Assembly: GCF_023715725.1 (NCBI RefSeq)
Contig: NZ_JAMBOT010000005.1
Location: forward strand, 316,538-380,537
Reading direction: 5' to 3'
Source: Paenibacillus pasadenensis
Lineage (GTDB): Bacteria > Bacillota > Bacilli > Paenibacillales > Paenibacillaceae
DNA length: 64,000 nt
Positions 55,464 to 64,000 of the stretch are shown here, piece by piece; the first letter of the stretch is position 1, and each line of letters opens with the position of its first letter. The translations under genes and the position numbers were made by a program. Under the pieces are notes generated by a model. That model was not told the DNA's origin. It searched no databases and saw nothing but the letters and a program-made list of their open reading frames with translations.

Positions 55464-56621
55464 TTAATCCATTTCGGAGATAGGCTCGTGTTTCTCTCTC
55501 TCTTCTCTGCTCTTCGCCAGCTTTTTGCGCACAGCCGGAAGGCCAAGCAGCAAAAATTGGATAAAGGGCAGGCTGAGATACACGTACACATCGTACACCG
55601 GGTAGTAATAGGTCAGCAGCATGTTATAGTTGGCTATATTCGGCGTGTTAATTACAGTGCCCGCCAGCAGCATCAGCGCCAGAGGCATTGCCAATATTTT
55701 ATCGTCTCGCAGCCCAATCATCTCGCCAATGCCTTTCATTAAGGCATAAGCGAACAAAGCCGCTTTGGAAAAAACCGTCACGATCCAAAGAAAAGCAAGC
55801 AGCGCTTCAACTCTCTCCAGAAAGTTCCCGATGGAAATGCGGCGGGCCAGCAGAAAAGTCGGGTAATATTGAGCCGACATCATTTCAGGTCCTAACACCA
55901 TGATGCACATAAAAACAACGACGAGCAAAAAGGAGCTCCCGATTAAAAAGCCGTTGCGGATTGCCTTGCTCATAGCTTTTGCGTCTCCCTGCAAATTAGG
56001 CACGAGCATGAGTATGGCTGCCGTTTCCATGAAGGCAAATCCGAAGGCGGGGAAGGCTCCTTTCAGAATCGGCATAATACCGTTGCTTGCGATAGGAAGC
56101 AGCTCATGAAGCTGGGCCTGGGGCAACAGACAAAAGCTTAAAAACAGAAACATGAGCAGAAAAATAGGGAACAAAAGCTCGCTCATTTTAGCAAATGATT
56201 CCAGGCCGTACCTCAAAGAAGCTGTTAAAACGATCACAAACAGCAGGATGATTGCCTCCGGAGGCGTATCATGCATCATCTGCGTTTCCATAAACAAGCT
56301 GATCTCGACCAGAAGCGTCAAAATCATAATGAAAAAGGAATACATATAAACGAAGCTGATGAATCCGCCAGCCCATTTGCCAGCCATAATGAGTGCAGAG
56401 CCGACTAGGCTATGCCCCGCCTGCCGTTTGGCAAGCGAGGCGAATAACCAGGCGACCAGCATGCCCGCCCCTATCGCGAGCAGCATCGATAACCAGGCGT
56501 CATCCCCGGCCTCGGTGCCAATGATATTTGGCAGAATCAGAATCGTATCGCCGATTAGGCTGAAAACAATAATGATTCTGAACTGCCGGGTCGTAATAAC
56601 GCCGTTGCTAAGCTTATCCAT
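55464..56621 (-). CDS. Spore germination protein B subunit (GerAB family permease)
   Basis: APC-like ten TM. N-terminal …ITTRQFRIIIVFSLIGDTILILP…. Last gene of the gerA-type operon. Confidence 0.85.
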   Translation of the reverse strand: MDKLSNGVITTRQFRIIIVFSLIGDTILILPNIIGTEAGDDAWLSMLLAIGAGMLVAWLFASLAKRQAGHSLVGSALIMAGKWAGGFISFVYMYSFFIMILTLLVEISLFMETQMMHDTPPEAIILLFVIVLTASLRYGLESFAKMSELLFPIFLLMFLFLSFCLLPQAQLHELLPIASNGIMPILKGAFPAFGFAFMETAAILMLVPNLQGDAKAMSKAIRNGFLIGSSFLLVVVFMCIMVLGPEMMSAQYYPTFLLARRISIGNFLERVEALLAFLWIVTVFSKAALFAYALMKGIGEMIGLRDDKILAMPLALMLLAGTVINTPNIANYNMLLTYYYPVYDVYVYLSLPFIQFLLLGLPAVRKKLAKSREEREKHEPISEMD

Positions 56622-56622
56622 C

Positions 56623-56832
56623 TTACTTCCCGCCTATCGCAAAAAAACGGACAAACTCTAACGGACTTGGGAACGGCAGCCTGAACCCGTGGGCCGCATG
56701 CAGCATTAAGCCAGCCAGACCGAACACTACAAAGGCAGACAGATCTTTTTTGCTCTTTTGCTTCAGCATGGCCGGCATGTCCAATGCCGCTGCAATGCCA
56801 AGCCAGATTATGCCAACTAAAACTGCATACAT
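56623..56832 (-). CDS. Small two-TM membrane protein inside the ger operon (Ger 'D-subunit'-like)
   Basis: 69 aa with two hydrophobic helices. Only a 1-nt gap to the downstream B subunit and a 4-nt gap to the upstream C subunit. Confidence 0.55.
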   Translation of the reverse strand: MYAVLVGIIWLGIAAALDMPAMLKQKSKKDLSAFVVFGLAGLMLHAAHGFRLPFPSPLEFVRFFAIGGK

Positions 56833-56836
56833 TCGC

Positions 56837-58033
56837 CTAACCTCCCTTTTGATCCGGCGAGATGGAGTTTCCGATTGTGCCTGTTGTATTGATTTTCATT
56901 TTGACCTCGTAGCTGACCTCCGCTGCCGGAAAGCCGACATCATCCCATTGCTCGGTAATTCCTTTCCAATGCTTCGGATATTTCCGTTTTGTCCAGATTC
57001 CTAATCCTACAATATCCGTATGATTATCCTGGGCCCATTTCATTGCGGCCTCGGCATTTTCCTTAATAATTTCAGTCGCTTTTTGTTCGAGCTTAGGGAA
57101 GACCGACGGATCGACCAGATTGACGGAGTTGCAGGAATTTTCGACTACGTCTCCGGTTGTAATCAGTTTAATCTTGTAAGAGAGCTTTCCGTCCTTCAGT
57201 TTGGGAACGATTTTTGTTTTGGAAGCTGTTATTTCAATGCCGGTGTAATGTTTATCCTCGCAAGGAAGCTCAAGCGAGGTGCTGCCCATTATGTCGGTCA
57301 AATCGGAATAGCCCTTGCTTTCCTTTTGATTCAACCAGCCGATAAGTCGGTCGCCTTTAAAGGCGCCAAGGCCGCGGTACTGATAGTAGGCGGCAGGATC
57401 AAAGCCGTCCAGATTGGTTCGTTTGTCCGCTTTTTTTCGATCGCCTTTAATTACGATACCGGTAAGCACAAGCTGCTGGCCGTCGCTTTTGATTAGGTGC
57501 AGCATTTTGTCCATATTGACTGCGACAGACGGCGCCCATTCTTTTTCCGATCGCTGAAGAGATTGCTGCATGCTGTAGGTCGGCAGCTTTTCCAGGGGGG
57601 TGTATAGCTTTAAAATATCCTCGGCGTTCACTCCGCGTGCGACGACTACGTTATAATCCATGCGTGCTTCGTTATTGCGCAGCGTGCTGTCCACCACGCC
57701 GCTAAGCCCTCTGCGGGCAATCTCCTCGCTGACGACAAACAGCTGCAAATGCCCGTAATAAAGCAGGCGGGGCGCTCTAGTCGTCAGTGCGCGAGATGCT
57801 TCAAAGAGAGTGTTGCCCGCTTCCTGATACAGTATTCCGGGCGCACGATAGGTGCTGTTGCTCTTCGTTGCAATTTCATTCGGATTGACAACCTGATAAG
57901 AAACGAGATATTTTCCGTCCTGCCAATCTACGGCTATGCCTAGCACAATCAGCAGGTCGTTCAGCTCGCGGCGGCTCCAGCAGCCGCTAAGCATAGCCAG
58001 GCACAGGAGCACAAGTGCGATTCGGCGCAGCAT
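56837..58033 (-). CDS. Spore germination protein C subunit (GerAC family lipoprotein)
   Basis: Lipobox LAMLSGCWS. Ger(x)C-family size and sequence. Confidence 0.85.
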   Translation of the reverse strand: MLRRIALVLLCLAMLSGCWSRRELNDLLIVLGIAVDWQDGKYLVSYQVVNPNEIATKSNSTYRAPGILYQEAGNTLFEASRALTTRAPRLLYYGHLQLFVVSEEIARRGLSGVVDSTLRNNEARMDYNVVVARGVNAEDILKLYTPLEKLPTYSMQQSLQRSEKEWAPSVAVNMDKMLHLIKSDGQQLVLTGIVIKGDRKKADKRTNLDGFDPAAYYQYRGLGAFKGDRLIGWLNQKESKGYSDLTDIMGSTSLELPCEDKHYTGIEITASKTKIVPKLKDGKLSYKIKLITTGDVVENSCNSVNLVDPSVFPKLEQKATEIIKENAEAAMKWAQDNHTDIVGLGIWTKRKYPKHWKGITEQWDDVGFPAAEVSYEVKMKINTTGTIGNSISPDQKGG

Positions 58034-58045
58034 CGGACGCCCTCC

Positions 58046-59584
58046 TTACTTGCGAATTTTAACGCGCGCCGCACCGCCTCTGCGTGAAGAACGCGGCTGG
58101 CGATAGGTAATCCATCTTGGCATCCGGATAAGAAAATCCTCCTCGGCATCTTTAGTCCGCAGCGGGGCAAGCGGCGCCATATAAGGCTCTCCAAATGTTT
58201 TGATTGAGCTGAGATGAAGCAGGAGCATCAGGAACAGCAGAATAATCCCATACAGGCCGAATGAAGCGGCTGTGGCCATAAAGGCGAAGCGAAGCACGCG
58301 AATCGGAATTGTAATGCTGTACGAAGGCAGCGTAAACGTTGCAATCGCTGTAACCGATACGACGATAACCATTGCCGCCGATACGATTCCGGCCTCAACG
58401 GCAGCTTGTCCGATAACGAGCGTACCCACGACGGATACGGCTTGGCCGATCGGACGCGGCATCCGCAAGCCGGCTTCGCGGAGAATTTCAAACGTGACCT
58501 CCATCAGCAGAGCCTCTACGAATGCCGGGAACGGAACGCCTTCCCGTTGTGCGGCTAAGCTGAACAGCATCGTAAATGGCAGCATGTCACGGTGGAAAGT
58601 TGTAATGGCAATATAAATGGACGGGAGCAGCAGGGCGATGAATAGGCCAAGCAGGCGAAGTGCGCGCAGCAGCGTGGAATAGAACGCATACTGGTAGTAA
58701 TCCTCCGCTGACTGCATAAAGGAAAAGAACGGGGCCGGAGCGATCAGCACGTCGGGGGTGCCGTCGACCATAATAGCTATTCTTCCTTCCATAAGCTCGG
58801 CGGCCACATTGTCCGGCAGCTCGGTATTTTTCATCGTTGGAAACAACGATGTCCGATTGTCGGCAATCATCTCTTCCAGATAACCGCTTTCCAGCACTCC
58901 GTCAATGTCAATTGCTTTTAAACGATCCCGGACATTCTCGATGACAGAAGGTTTAGCGAGCCCGTTCACATAGGCCAGCACCACCTCTGTTTTGCTCAGC
59001 CGGCCTATTACCATCGGCTCCATCCAAAGGCGGGGATCTTTGATTTTGCGGCGGATGAGCGGGATGTTGATGGCGAGCGTCTCCGTAAAGCTTTCCCGCG
59101 GACCGCGAATGGAGGTCTGGTTGGGAGACTCGGCGATTTCCCTGCCCTTCCACTCGCAATTGTTGGCGCTGTAGGCGGACTCGCTTCCGTCAAGCACAAG
59201 AATGACCATGCCTGACAGCAGCTCGTCATACAAGGACTCCATATCTACGATTTGCTTGACGGGTCCGATCTGATGAAGCAGCTTAAGCGCAACGGAGGCA
59301 AGCGGTGTCCGCCCCGCTTGGCTTTCCAAGGTAGACACTTGTTCATATTGAAACACGCTGGACATATATGGGTTAATGGCTGTCTCATCCGAAAGACCGT
59401 TCATGTAAACAAGAGCGGCCTCGGGAATAGAGTCCGGTCCATACTCAAAGTCCCGTATGATGAGGTCATAGCTGCCGCCGAGATCCTGCCTGATTTGATT
59501 CAGCAGCCGTCTGGCATCGGGATCCACAGAGATGTTCTCAATGCTTCCCGGTTGGGCGTTTATCCAACTGTAGTCGCTTTTCAT
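58046..59584 (-). CDS. Spore germination protein A subunit (GerAA family)
   Basis: GerA-family conserved core with a C-terminal five-TM region. About 512 aa. Confidence 0.88.
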   Translation of the reverse strand: MKSDYSWINAQPGSIENISVDPDARRLLNQIRQDLGGSYDLIIRDFEYGPDSIPEAALVYMNGLSDETAINPYMSSVFQYEQVSTLESQAGRTPLASVALKLLHQIGPVKQIVDMESLYDELLSGMVILVLDGSESAYSANNCEWKGREIAESPNQTSIRGPRESFTETLAINIPLIRRKIKDPRLWMEPMVIGRLSKTEVVLAYVNGLAKPSVIENVRDRLKAIDIDGVLESGYLEEMIADNRTSLFPTMKNTELPDNVAAELMEGRIAIMVDGTPDVLIAPAPFFSFMQSAEDYYQYAFYSTLLRALRLLGLFIALLLPSIYIAITTFHRDMLPFTMLFSLAAQREGVPFPAFVEALLMEVTFEILREAGLRMPRPIGQAVSVVGTLVIGQAAVEAGIVSAAMVIVVSVTAIATFTLPSYSITIPIRVLRFAFMATAASFGLYGIILLFLMLLLHLSSIKTFGEPYMAPLAPLRTKDAEEDFLIRMPRWITYRQPRSSRRGGAARVKIRK

Positions 59585-59855
59585 AGTCGCACGCTGCCTT
59601 TATCTTAGAATCCAAATCCTGTCCGGCTAACAAGCGGACCAGGCTCGGTCAAAGTATTTCCAGACGCTGGTGGAACTATCCAAAGAGGCATAAGGTATCG
59701 CGGTTCATATGTACGGCTTCAGTCCGGCAGACGAGAAAAGGCGGGAGGCATAAGTGGATGATGCGGCGTCAGTCCCTCCCTGGCAAGCATCCATTCCTTC
59801 CGTGGCGGTTCGGCATACGCTGTTCCTAAGCATAAAAATGAAAGAAGGTTGCTTT

Positions 59856-62450
59856 ATGGATAGCGGATGCAATCGGATTGCCAGCGGGCAATGTTCGGAA
59901 GCTGAAGGCGCAAATACGCTCGCTAAAGGCTTCGCTTCCCATGCGGAGGGAAGCGAAACCGTGGCGGCCGGTTCGGCTTCTCACGCTGAGGGCTATAGGA
60001 CGGTCGCCGCAGCCAATACGTCGCATGCCGAGGGCTCGAATACGGTGACAGAAGGCTCCGCCTCGCATGCGGAAGGGTATCAAACGATGACAACGGCAGA
60101 TGCCGCGCATGCGGAAGGGTCAACGACCGAGGCTTCCGGCATTGCCGCGCATGCGGAGGGAAGCTTTACTTTGGCAAGCGGCGGTTCAGCTCATGCCGAA
60201 GGATCGTTTACGATTGCAGAGGGAGCGTTATCCCATGCGGAAGGAAGCAGCACAACAGCTCTCGGAGTTGCCTCGCATACGGAAGGGTTCGGGACCGTAG
60301 CGGAAGCGGACAGCTCGCATGCCGAAGGCTCAGGCACCAGGGCAGGCGGCTCTGCTGCCCATGCGGAAGGTCATTTAAGCGCAGCGCTGGCGAATTCCTC
60401 TCATGCGGAAGGATCTTCGACAACGGCTTCGGGAGACGCGTCTCATGCCGAGGGTTTCATGACTCAGGCGATCGGAGAGGCTTCCCATGCGGAAGGAGCG
60501 AACACCTCTGCCGCAGGATACTGCGCCCATGCGGAAGGGCTTTTTACGAATGCGGCCGGAATGGCATCCCATGCCGAAGGCTCGGGGACTGCCGCAAGCG
60601 GAGACTATTCCCACGCGGAAGGGCTGGGCAGCGAGGCTTCCGGCAGATTTTCGCATGCCGAAGGAGTGGACACGTCCGCCTCCGGACTGTACGCCCATGC
60701 CGAAGGTTTTCAATCGTCGGCTGAATCCGTGAGCGCTCACGCAGAAGGGAATAACACGGTGGCCAGTGGTTTCGCCTCGCATGCGGAAGGCAATGTGACC
60801 TTAGCTTCGGGCAGCTGCGCCCATGCCGAGGGAATAGGTTCAACCGCCTCCGGCTTTGCCGCCCATGCTGAAGGAAACGGCTCCATTGCTTCCGGCAGCT
60901 TCTCTCATGCCGAAGGGACAACAACGTCGGCCCAAGGAGAAAACTCGCATGCGGAGGGAAGCGGGAGCACGGCAGCTGCAGCAAATTCCCATGCAGAAGG
61001 ATCGGCAACGACGGCTCAGGGGACAAACTCGCATGCGGAGGGAAGCGGGAGCACGGCAGCTGCAGCGAATTCCCATGCGGAAGGGTCGTCAACGACAGCT
61101 CAAGGAGCGAGCTCGCACGCGGAAGGGTCGTCAACGACAGCCCAGGGGACGAACTCCCACTCGGAAGGAACATTAACGGCGGCTCAAGGTCCTAGCTCAC
61201 ATGCGGAGGGGAATTCTTCAAAAGCGATAGGTGCAAATTCGCATGCCGAAGGCGCATCAACTACAGCGCAAGGGGGCAACTCGCACGCGGAAGGTTTGGG
61301 CTCCACAGCCTCAGGCAGCAGCTCGCACGCCGAAGGATTGTTTTCGCAGGCGACGGGAGTCAGTTCGCATGCGGAAGGCCAGTTGACAACGGCATCCGGT
61401 GAAAATTCGCATGCAGAGGGGTTAATCACATCGGCTACGGGCCTTAATGCTCATGCGGAGGGCCAGCAAACCACCGCTTCCGCTGACAATGCTCATGCAG
61501 AGGGCAGCCTCAGCAATGCCAGCGCTGCAAACGCCCATGCGGAGGGAAGCTCAAGCGCGGCATCCGGAGCTTCTGCGCATGCGGAGGGGAATTTAACGGT
61601 AGCTAGCGGAATCAGCGCGCATGCCGAAGGCAGCCAATCGGCAGCTAGCGGGCTTAGCGCGCATGCGGAGGGCAATGCGACGATTGCCTCCGGCAGCTCC
61701 GCCCATTCCGAAGGAAGCAGCACGATCGCAAGTGCGGATAACAGCCACGCGGAAGGGTTCACCACGATTGCCAATCAGGTGGGCTCGCATATAATGGGCA
61801 GGTTCGGAAATACTCGGTTTCCGTATTCCTGGCATGTAGGGAACGGCATCTCCAGTTTCATGCCGGCCTTGGCCGCCTACCTGGAGGGCGCGACGGGAAA
61901 TATGGCTATTGACGGCACCTACACCTCCGGTGGAGCCGATTATGCCGAAATGTACGAAACCGCAGATGGAGCTCCAATCGAGCCGGGTTATTTTGTCACG
62001 CTGGAGGGCGACCGGATTCGCTTAACAGTTTCACCGAAAGATTATATATTAGGCGTCGTGAGCGCAAGAGCGACTATGCTGGGAGATGCGGCGGAGCTTA
62101 GATGGACAAAGGCGTACTTAACGGATGAGTGGGGCAGAGTCCGTTATGAGACGGTTACGATTCCAGAACAGACCGATGCCAGTGGTACTGTCATAACGGC
62201 AGCTCATAACGTTGTGCAGCCAATGGTGAATCCCGATTGGGACGTTTCGCAGACCTATATTCCGCGCAGGCTTCGACCAGAATGGGTGCCGGTCGGGCTG
62301 GTCGGCAAGCTGCTTGCCCGCGACGACGGAAGCTGCGCTGCAAACGGATTTTGCTTGCCTAACGGTGAGGGGATCGCGACTGCATCTCCGAGCGGTTATC
62401 GCGTGCTGCGGCGCACTGGCGCCAATCAAATATTAATTCAGCTGAAATAG
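59856..62450 (+). CDS. Large repeat protein: ~44 tandem 14-residue 'xSHAEGxxTxAxGx' units (predicted beta-roll/beta-helix, YadA-head/Hep_Hag-like periodicity) plus a ~215-aa globular C-terminal domain; no signal peptide
   Basis: RBS GAAAGAAGG lies 7 nt before ATG 59856; the ORF is open from 59754. The 14-residue periodicity with invariant H-A-E-G is directly visible. The C-terminal domain is non-repetitive. Confidence 0.7.
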   Translation: MDSGCNRIASGQCSEAEGANTLAKGFASHAEGSETVAAGSASHAEGYRTVAAANTSHAEGSNTVTEGSASHAEGYQTMTTADAAHAEGSTTEASGIAAHAEGSFTLASGGSAHAEGSFTIAEGALSHAEGSSTTALGVASHTEGFGTVAEADSSHAEGSGTRAGGSAAHAEGHLSAALANSSHAEGSSTTASGDASHAEGFMTQAIGEASHAEGANTSAAGYCAHAEGLFTNAAGMASHAEGSGTAASGDYSHAEGLGSEASGRFSHAEGVDTSASGLYAHAEGFQSSAESVSAHAEGNNTVASGFASHAEGNVTLASGSCAHAEGIGSTASGFAAHAEGNGSIASGSFSHAEGTTTSAQGENSHAEGSGSTAAAANSHAEGSATTAQGTNSHAEGSGSTAAAANSHAEGSSTTAQGASSHAEGSSTTAQGTNSHSEGTLTAAQGPSSHAEGNSSKAIGANSHAEGASTTAQGGNSHAEGLGSTASGSSSHAEGLFSQATGVSSHAEGQLTTASGENSHAEGLITSATGLNAHAEGQQTTASADNAHAEGSLSNASAANAHAEGSSSAASGASAHAEGNLTVASGISAHAEGSQSAASGLSAHAEGNATIASGSSAHSEGSSTIASADNSHAEGFTTIANQVGSHIMGRFGNTRFPYSWHVGNGISSFMPALAAYLEGATGNMAIDGTYTSGGADYAEMYETADGAPIEPGYFVTLEGDRIRLTVSPKDYILGVVSARATMLGDAAELRWTKAYLTDEWGRVRYETVTIPEQTDASGTVITAAHNVVQPMVNPDWDVSQTYIPRRLRPEWVPVGLVGKLLARDDGSCAANGFCLPNGEGIATASPSGYRVLRRTGANQILIQLK
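59937..61790 (+). repeat. About 44 tandem 42-bp repeats encoding the SHAEG units
   Basis: Near-regular 42-bp periodicity (…CATGCGGAAGG…/…CATGCCGAAGG…). Generates multiple spurious antisense ORFs. Confidence 0.8.
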
Positions 62451-62465
62451 CTCAGCCCCTGCTGC

Positions 62466-62510
62466 GGCAGCCTGTGCCATCGGAGCCCGCTCCAGGCACG
62501 GGCTCTTTTG
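62466..62510 (+). terminator. Rho-independent terminator after the repeat-protein gene
   Basis: GAGCCCG-CTCCAGGCA-CGGGCTC followed by TTTTG. Confidence 0.65.
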
Positions 62511-62568
62511 CTTATGAGCAACTTTTGATAGACTGGTAGAATAGACCAATTGAAGAAATGAAAGGCGG

Positions 62569-63387
62569 ATGTATGTATTGAACTCTCCCCCCGCTCCCAA
62601 TCTTGAACCAGTTATCCGGCTTCGCGATTTACGTAAAAATTATGGCTCCAAGATTGTTTTGAAAGGCATTGATCTGGAGGTTTATCCCGGGCAAATTATT
62701 GGATACATCGGTCCCAACGGCGCAGGCAAAAGCACCACGCAAAAGCTGATGTTAGGGCTGGAGCAGGATTACTCCGGCACGATCGAGGTGCTGGGGTATG
62801 ATTTGGCTGCCGGTTCGCATGACTACAAAATGCGTATCGGATATGTGCCGGAAACGACGGAAATTTACGATATGCTTACCGCGCGGGAGTATTTGTCCTT
62901 CAGCGGGCAGCTTTACGGGCTGAAGCAGGAGGATGCCGAATATAAAGCGGCTCAGCTGATGCGCATTTTTGGGATGGAAGAGGTATTCGACAAGCGCATT
63001 GATTCCTATTCCAAAGGCATGCGTCAGAAAGTAATGCTTACCGCCAGCGTGCTGCACAATCCCGACGTGCTGTTTCTGGACGAGCCGCTAAGCGGGCTTG
63101 ACGCCAGCAGTGTCGCCGTAGTCAAGGACGTTTTTTCTTTGTTGGCTGCGCAGGGAAAAGCAATCTTCTATTCCTCTCACATCATGGACGTTGTTGAGAA
63201 GATCAGCAGCCGCATCATCTTGCTGCATGAAGGACAGATTGCCGCCGACGGCAGCTTCGCGGAGTTGAAGGAGCGTGGAGCAGAGGGCAGCCTGGAGCAG
63301 ATTTTTAATCAAATGACGGGTTTCACGGAGCATGGCGCGATTGCAGAGCAGTTCTGCCGGACGGTTCAGGAGGACTATAACCAATGA
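62569..63387 (+). CDS. ABC transporter ATP-binding protein (ABC-2/bacitracin-type exporter ATPase)
   Basis: Walker A GPNGAGKST, signature LSGLDASS, Walker B VLFLDEP. Confidence 0.85.
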   Translation: MYVLNSPPAPNLEPVIRLRDLRKNYGSKIVLKGIDLEVYPGQIIGYIGPNGAGKSTTQKLMLGLEQDYSGTIEVLGYDLAAGSHDYKMRIGYVPETTEIYDMLTAREYLSFSGQLYGLKQEDAEYKAAQLMRIFGMEEVFDKRIDSYSKGMRQKVMLTASVLHNPDVLFLDEPLSGLDASSVAVVKDVFSLLAAQGKAIFYSSHIMDVVEKISSRIILLHEGQIAADGSFAELKERGAEGSLEQIFNQMTGFTEHGAIAEQFCRTVQEDYNQ

Positions 63388-64000
63388 ATGATTTTGCCGC
63401 GCTTCGGCTGCTCGACCGCTTCCGCGGCAGGCTCGCTGCATCCGGTTACGACTATGCCGCGCTGCGTGTTATTTTGCAGGCTAAGCTGACGATGGACGGC
63501 CGGCGGCCCTCGGGATTGATGCAGTCGTTTGGCAAAGGAGCCGATCCAGACAGCGTGTCAACGCGAAGCCTGTATTTCTCTTCGCTGTGGATATACACTG
63601 TCCTCAGTGCGTTCATGCTGCCCATTCTATTTATCGGCACCCGCAACCCGATGCTTGGAATGAGTCTGCTCATTTCTGCACAGATTTTTCTGATCGCCTC
63701 GCTCGTTATGTCCGACTTCGCCGCCGTCATGCTGGATACGAGAGATCGGGCGATTTTAGGCTCCAAGCCGGTGCTTCCCAAAACGGCTGGTCTCGCCAGA
63801 CTGCTCTATGCAGCCCATTATATGTTCTGGGTTGTTGCTTCAATGACCGCGCTGCCGTTGATCGTTTTGCTGTTCCTGCATGGCCCGCTCGCATTTCTCG
63901 TTTATTTTGCCGAGCTGTTTCTGCTGTCCGCGCTCATTCTGTCCGTAGCCGGAGGCATATACTACATCATTTTGCGGCGCTGGGACGGATCGAAGCTGAA
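63384..64000 (+). CDS. ABC-2 type transporter permease, 3' end outside window
   Basis: ATG overlaps the ATPase stop (ATGA). Multiple TM segments. Reading frame is open to the window end. Confidence 0.7.
   Translation, partial: MNDFAALRLLDRFRGRLAASGYDYAALRVILQAKLTMDGRRPSGLMQSFGKGADPDSVSTRSLYFSSLWIYTVLSAFMLPILFIGTRNPMLGMSLLISAQIFLIASLVMSDFAAVMLDTRDRAILGSKPVLPKTAGLARLLYAAHYMFWVVASMTALPLIVLLFLHGPLAFLVYFAELFLLSALILSVAGGIYYIILRRWDGSKL

Noticed and set aside
60100-61835. Multiple minus-strand and alternate-frame ORFs (66-209 aa) inside the SHAEG repeat gene
   Set aside because: Repeat-driven open frames with low-complexity Arg/Pro/Ser composition, all nested in the 865-aa ORF.

Overview
The window looks like a Paenibacillus-like Firmicute chromosome segment (about 55% GC). 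Supporting signs are a gerA-type spore germination operon, a YesM/YesN-type two-component system with LplABC-type sugar ABC transport, and many AraC and TetR regulators. Coordinates of non-ORF features were read by eye and may be off by a few nucleotides.

Content from left to right:
- An MFS efflux gene (5' partial).
- A minus-strand secreted protein with 8 Ig-like repeats and a C-terminal CBM6/35-like domain.
- A beta-galactan utilisation locus: sensor kinase, REC-AraC regulator, two ABC permeases, a lipoprotein binding protein, a GH59 beta-galactosidase, and a GH43 enzyme with two ricin-B (CBM13) domains. A roughly 115-bp promoter/5'UTR module occurs twice in this locus.
- An AraC regulator next to a translationally coupled triad: PhyH-type dioxygenase, a 76-aa Cys-containing ORF, and an NHL beta-propeller.
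- Two TetR/MFS pairs.
- A hexuronate/sugar-acid catabolic block: amidohydrolase-2, UxaB, UxaA, an aldo/keto reductase and a Zn-alcohol dehydrogenase.
- An atypical island at about 27.5-32.6 kb, which is my best candidate for an undescribed system:
  - degenerate ~50-bp repeats and a perfect 19-bp inverted repeat;
  - a heptad-repeat coiled-coil protein encoded by 21-bp tandem DNA repeats;
  - two tandem WYL-domain proteins (PafBC/BrxR-like);
  - a 628-bp GC-rich untranslated stretch holding a tRNA 3'-end-like fragment and 16-bp direct repeats;
  - a slipin/SPFH protein.
- A conserved seven-gene MoxR AAA+/DUF58 membrane cluster of unknown function.
- A tandem array of seven 52-bp hairpin units downstream of a transglutaminase-like gene.
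- A frameshifted and internally deleted paralog of the intact GH59 gene, kept as a pseudogene.
- An ABC-F ATPase, an orphan GerB-type permease, and a GH42 beta-galactosidase.
- A gerA operon in A-C-D-B order.
- An 865-aa protein (no signal peptide) built from about 44 tandem 14-residue 'xSHAEGxxTxAxGx' units (42-bp DNA repeats), with a globular C-terminal domain.

I found no CRISPR array, rRNA, transposase or integrase. The only tRNA-like sequence is a truncated T-arm/acceptor fragment.
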